From the NCBI RefSeq assembly GCF_016432865.1, contig NC_067403.1:258664001-258728000 (forward strand): DNA of 64,000 bases. Reading direction: 5' to 3'. This document shows positions 58,111 through 64,000 of the stretch, piece by piece (the first letter of the stretch is position 1; each line of letters starts with the position of its first letter). A program made the translations under genes and the position numbers. The stretch is from Antechinus flavipes. Lineage: Eukaryota. The notes beneath the pieces are model-generated. The model was not told the origin of the DNA. It made no database searches and saw nothing but the letters and a program-made list of their open reading frames with translations.

Positions 58111-59429
58111 AAGAAAGAGACATATTAGCTGTATGATTCTTAGCTAGTCACTTAACTCTGTTTGCCTCTGTTTCTTCATCTATAAAATGAGCTGTAGAAG
58201 GACATGGAAAACTATTCCAGTGTCTACCAAGAAAATTCCAAATAGGAACACGAAGAGTCAGATATAACTGAAATTATAGAAGTGAAGAGTGATAGTTCTT
58301 ATTTTTCCCAGGTAAAGCGATTGTTAGTTAGGCCATGTTTGGAAGAATCCTGGCTTTGATCTGGAGGACAGTTGAATGTCTCCAACTGAGTTCCTGTTTT
58401 CTTTCTATGCTCAGAAGCAGACAGTAATGAGGGAGAAGGACATGGAGAAACTTGAGTGAGCTTCACTCTTATTCTTCTGATGATGGCTACATAATGGCCC
58501 TGGGAATGGAGTAGGGCCATTGGGTCACTTCTGAAAGTGGAGAGTTTAGGTGCCTGTGATTCCCCCTGGTCTTGTTTACCATAATTCTGGCTCTAAGCCA
58601 TGTTAGGATTTCTAAGGCTGTTAAAAACAGAATCTTTTCTAGAGATTCTCATGGCAAGGCTACCATGGGATCTGTTAAAAACAGTCATATCAGCAGCTTT
58701 TGTTACCTGGGTTCAAGGAATAGTTCATTGAGGAGGTGTTTCTTCTGTGGGCTGAGCAAGAATAAACATACTTATATTAGTCATTTTGGAAAATGTTTAT
58801 CTTAGTAATTTTCATAAGCTTATCTGGGTTTACTATATCCCCTATATTACCAGAATAAATTGAGTCATAAAGTGCAGAGTTCCATGAGACAAGCCTGAAA
58901 CAGACCCCTGGGGAAAACTCTCAGCTTGAAAATGATGATGAGATACTGAGATAAAAACAGCGTTAGATAGACTTGGAACACTTTAAGTGCATTGAACAAA
59001 TAAATAATTATTTGCACAACTGTATCTTGTTAAGTGGCTTTTATCAGTGATTTGGATGAAAAGCCAATTGGCTTGAGAAGCATATGAACAGACAATCCAA
59101 TCGAGAGGCAGGATACTTGATCATATAATCAAAATATATTTAAAAAGATAAGAATTCTGCTCTTCTATATTTATGAGATCTGCAACAGGTTCAAATTGCT
59201 GAATCATCTTGGCCTTGGTTTCCTTTTCTGTTCAGTGAGAGGGATCTTGAAGTGTCTTCCAGCTTCAAAGAAGCTATGTTCACATGATTAAGTAGGTCAT
59301 AGGATATTGGGTCAATTATTATTTAAAAGCTGAAATGGAAAAGAAATTCATGTAAAGTCTTCTGCTTGGAAACTACTTTTTAGTAATTAGATAATGAAGG
59401 TATGCCCAGGCGAGACACTTATAAGATTC

Positions 59430-60640
59430 TTTCTTTTTTTCCCCTTTTAAATTTTATTTTCAAAACATATGCATGGATAATTTTTCAACACCAACCCTTG
59501 CAAAGCCTTGTATTCTAATTCCCCCCACCACTCCTAGAGGGTATATAATCCAATATATGTTAAACATAGTAAAAATATATGTTAAACCCAATATATGCAT
59601 ACATATTTATACAATTATCTTGCTGCACAAAAAGAAAATCAAATCAAAAAGGAAAAATGAGAAAGAAAATAAAATGCAAATAACCAACAACAAAAGGGTG
59701 AAAATGCTATGTTGTGATTCACACTCAATTCTCACAGTGCTCTCTCTGAATGTAAATGGCTCTCTTCATCACAAGATCATCGGAACTGGCATCAATCATC
59801 TCATTGTTGAATTGATCATCATATAATCTTGTAGTTCCCGTGTACAATAATCTCCTAGTTCTGTTCATTTCACTTACCATCAGTTCATGTAAGTTTTTCC
59901 AGTCCTCTCTGAAATCATCCTGTGGATCATTTATTATAGAACAATCATATTCCATGACATTCATATAGCATAATTTATTCAGCTATTCTCCAAATGATTC
60001 AGTCATTCAGTTTCCAGTTTCTTGCCATTACAAAAAAGACTGCCACAAGTATTTTGCATGTGTGAGTCTTTTCCCCTCTTTTAAGATCTCTTTTGGGATA
60101 TAAGCCCAGTAGAAATACTGCTGGGTCAAAGGGTACGCACATTTTTATAGCTCTTTGGGCATAGTTTCAAATTGCTCTCCAGAATAGTTGGATTAGTTCA
60201 CAACTCTACAAACAATGTATTAGTGTCTCAGTTTTCCCACATCCCCTCCAATATTCATTATTATCTTTTCTTGTTATCTTAGCCAATCTGACAGGTGTGT
60301 AGGGGTATTTCAGAGTTGTCTTAATTTGCATTTCTCTGATCAGTAGTGATTTAGAGCACTTTTCATATGATTAGAAATGGTTTTAATTTCTTCATCTGAA
60401 AATTGTCTGTTCATATCCTTTGACCATTTATCAATTGGAGAATGGCTTGAATCCTTATAAATTTGAGTCAGTTCTCTCTATATTTTTAAAACGAGGCTTT
60501 AAACAGAACCCTTAAATGTAAAAATGTTTTCCCAATTTATTGCTTTCCTTCTAATGTTGTCTGCATTAGTTTTGTTTGTATAAAAGCTTTTTAATTTAAT
60601 ATAATCAAAATGATCTATTTTGTGTTCAATAATGAAGGTG
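59430..60640 (-). mobile_element. L1 ORF2 C-terminus + 3' UTR
   Basis: Antisense to 51413-52350 type sequence, with a poly-T start. Confidence 0.88.
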
Positions 60641-62599
60641 CATTTCTTTCAATCAGTAAGTTATCAAGCATATATTAATCACTTTCTGTCATATATCTTA
60701 GATATGGTGCCAAATGTTGGTGATGATAAGAAAGGCACAGAAAAACAAAATAATAGACCCCTCTTTTCAGGAGCTACAAGCTTAATGAGGCAGAGAAAAT
60801 AGGAAAAAATACTGGAAGAAGATAGAAAGAATTCAAATATTAAAAGGTCATAGTAAGTATCAAATTTAGTTCTAGAGTTGTTGTGAGGATCAGATGAGAT
60901 AGTATTTATAAAGTTCTTCATATAATGTCAGATGTATGGTAGATTAATAATAAATCTTCCCTTTCCTTCCCTTCCCTCCCCTTCTCGTCCTTTCCCTTCA
61001 CTTTCATTTCTCTTCCTTTTAGCTTCACTTTCATTTCTCTCTCCCTCTCTCCTTCCTTCCTTCCTTCCTTGCTTAGGAAGAATAAAAAATTGAAGAGGGT
61101 AATATACACCAATGTGTACTGTAGGGTCATAAAGAATATCTATTACCTCTACTCTAGCAAAAGATTGTGTTTGCCAATATGTATAGCCATCTCTTCTGTT
61201 TTTTTCCTCTAAAACAATGAGTAATTCCCTGATTTAATAGTCCCAACTTTTTAATCTTTTATTGTGATTGACTATTAATAAGGAGAGATACAGATTAAAT
61301 GATAATCTTATTGCCTTGTTATTTTTTTAATCAATGGTCTTTTTTATGGGTTTCTACATTATTGTCCTAAAGGTTCTATCTAGAAGAGAAAGCAAATAGT
61401 TGGTGATATTCTTTTAATGACATTTTTAGCAGTCACAAATTTAGCATTTACAAATTTACCATGATGTTTTCCCTCCAAATCTCAGGGATGCTTCTAGCCC
61501 CATAGAGGAGTTTTGGCGACCAGGATTATAGGGGGATGCTGTCATTTCCAGGAGGGAGAATTCAGATGAGACTGGTTGTTCCTGGGCGCGCCTGTCTGAG
61601 TCATCCCATAGAACATGTTCATGTTCTCCCTATTTACCTTCCTCCCTATATTCTGGCTAAAAACTTTGGCATTTCTGAGATGATGAACCCTTTGGTTGCT
61701 TCCAGTCACGGAGTGACTCAATGCTGAGGGATAAAATGATTTGAAATGATGAAGCCATTGTCTCATTGGCATAGAGGAGGAGGCCTTGCTGTTCCATAGA
61801 CATGTAAAAAGAGGTAACAGCTCCCACCTTAGACTCTTTATTCAAATCTGCTTTATGAAAATCAGTGACTCAGTCTCCAGATTTCTCATATTGAGGGCAA
61901 TGCATTTTTTTGCTCTTATAAATGCTGCTATTGAGATGTGGAAAGTAGCTTTAATCAAACACATTAACGTCAGCCTTTTCTGCTTCTCCTTTCCTATCAT
62001 TAGGAAATATTAACTTGTAGGGAATGTGTCCATTGTATAAAGCAACCTCCTGATTTCCTGAGGTCCAGAGTCCAAAGTGTAGACCTGACTTTGATTAAAG
62101 AAACCTTCTTCATTAGTAAAATTAGCTATTAACTAGGAAAGGGAGGAAAAAAGAAGGGGAGAGAAAGGCAGTAGAGCAGAGAAGAAAAAGATTTTGTTCA
62201 TTTTACTATCAAGCCTATAACACACTTGGTGTGGACAATATGGAGAATGAATTAAAATTGCCTAAATCGTAAGTATAAAAACAGCTTTTGTTCTTTATAA
62301 ATCTCCTGGTAGTAATGGAGATCAGAAACATCACTCACTTTTTTCTTATGTCCAGAACAACCCAGTCACTTTAGCGCCAACTTGTTTTATATGCATATGA
62401 TTCAATCCCATTGCATTAGCTCATTTGGAATATGTGAGGAACTCTGAAATAATGGAGAGATTTCTGGATTTGTAATCAGGGAAATCTGAATTCAATTTTT
62501 TCCTCTTACTAAATATGTGACCCTGGATGATTATTGCAGCTTCTCTAATTCTCTCTGAGTTTCCTCGTGTCTAACATGGGGAAAAGAATAGAATTGCAT

Positions 62600-63090
62600 T
62601 CTAGGTATGATGAGGGAATTGTCCATCTTCTGACAACTCATTCAGAGATTTGGTGAAGCTGTTTTTAGATGCTCTTGATGAATTAAAGACTTTATCTGAT
62701 CCCTTCATAACATGGACAGCGATTCTCTGAGTGAGTCTTCTTGGTTTCTGATTGAATGAAGAAATTCCATTTTTTATCGGTATCAGCACTCTGCATTGAT
62801 ACAAGAAAAGAGCACAGTGTGCATACTCTAAGCAATCAGCCCATTTTCAAGCTATGCAAAGTTATTTATTAGTTACAATTTTTATTCTTTGCTAAGTTTT
62901 TAAACATTTTTTACCAAACTTCTCTTCAGAACCCCATTTATGCAGCAACACCTTCCTGACTAATTCTCTGGCCCTCTGGTCAGTGAGCATCCTCCCACTG
63001 CTCTTTGGGTCTCTCTTCCTAGATCAAAAATTCCCCTGTTGGGTCTAGATTTCTAAATAAATTTGTTGTTCCTGGATTTCCCTTCCTATA
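62600..63090 (-). repeat. Second copy of the uncertain repeat at 11120-11575
   Basis: Local homology, e.g. gagcacagtgtgcat, tttatgcagcaaca, taaataaatt. Confidence 0.55.
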
Positions 63091-63550
63091 AGGAGCTACT
63101 TGAACCACAAACAAATAGGAAATATTCATTTCTTGGGATGTTTATTGATCATTTCTCAAAGCAGCCAAAGCTATGCTTAATGAGCTTGTTCCACATGTAG
63201 AGCTCACCTCCAACTCTCCTCTTGGTAACACATCATTGACATGAAAATAGATTATTTCATATTAAAAGTTATAATTACTAGTGGTGAATTACTCTCCATC
63301 TTATTGTTCTCCTCAGTCTGTTGTAAACACTATTCCTGTTACCTCCATCCTCTCCCTTTATGCTTCTATTGCTTTTTCTACCCATCCCTTTAAGAATCCC
63401 TCATTTATCCTTTCCCTTAGCCTCTCAAATTTTAATCTACACACACTTCTAAAAATCCCTCCTTTTTATTGTTCTCTCATTCTCTTATTTCTTTAGAAGT
63501 TTAGAAGAATTTTATACCCTCTTAATGTATATGTTGTTCATTGACTCTTT

Positions 63551-63699
63551 TTTTTTTTTTTTGGCTGAAGCAATTGGAGTCAAGCAACTTGCCCAGGGTC
63601 ACATAGCTAGGAAGTGTTAAGTGTCTGAGATCAGGTGTGAACTCAGGTCCTCCTGACTTCAGGGCTGATGCTCTATCCACCAGGCTACCTACCTGCCCC
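63551..63699 (-). mobile_element. Short marsupial SINE
   Basis: Poly-T start, SINE consensus, flanking repeat ttgactcttt. Confidence 0.85.
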
Positions 63700-64000
63700 A
63701 TTTCTTGACTCTTTAACCCAGATAATAAGAGTAAGGTTCCAGCACTACCAGCCCTCCACTCTCTATCTGTTCCCTTTATATCAGTTCTCTTATTTTTAAA
63801 ATAAATTTGGCTCAGTTCCCTATACACTTGAGACATGAGAGCTCCATCAGGGAAACTTGTTTCAAAATTCATTTCCCAATGACTATTTCTAACTGAACCC
63901 CCCCCCCATTTATTCTATTCTGTCTTTTCTTCTATCTTGTCCCTCCTCAAAAGTGTTTTCCTACTGGCCACTTCCTCCCCCAATATGCTCTCTCTTCTAT

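Noticed and set aside
61480-62050. Non-repeat-looking segment with several 60-76 aa ORFs on both strands
   Set aside because: No recognisable protein, no consistent frame and no convincing splice-site pair, so I cannot support an exon call.

Overview
AT-rich, repeat-dense mammalian DNA. The L1 3' ends, short SINEs and LTRs look marsupial, probably dasyurid (inferred from recall, not verified). The window is a tandem cluster of Mas-related GPCR (MRGPR-family) genes, all on the minus strand: four open single-coding-exon ORFs (1186-2163, 13357-14307, 31895-32848, 41179-42090) and two pseudogenes (~7190-8021, ~19690-20473). A gene+pseudogene unit is duplicated (1-~9730 vs ~11930-~26480). Two orphan upstream flanks suggest lost receptor copies. 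The standout is a 3.5-kb cassette (21360-24905) present only in the second duplicate. It holds an intact, intronless 676-codon R3HCC1L ORF fused directly behind an LTR TATA box, flanked by ~300-bp direct repeats. It has a polypurine tract and no poly(A) tail of its own, so it does not look like an ordinary L1-made retrocopy. The rest is L1 fragments (several with clean TSDs), solo LTRs, an env-PPT-LTR ERV remnant, SINEs and microsatellites. No rRNA, tRNA gene or CRISPR array was seen. Repeat boundaries and identity figures are by-eye estimates.
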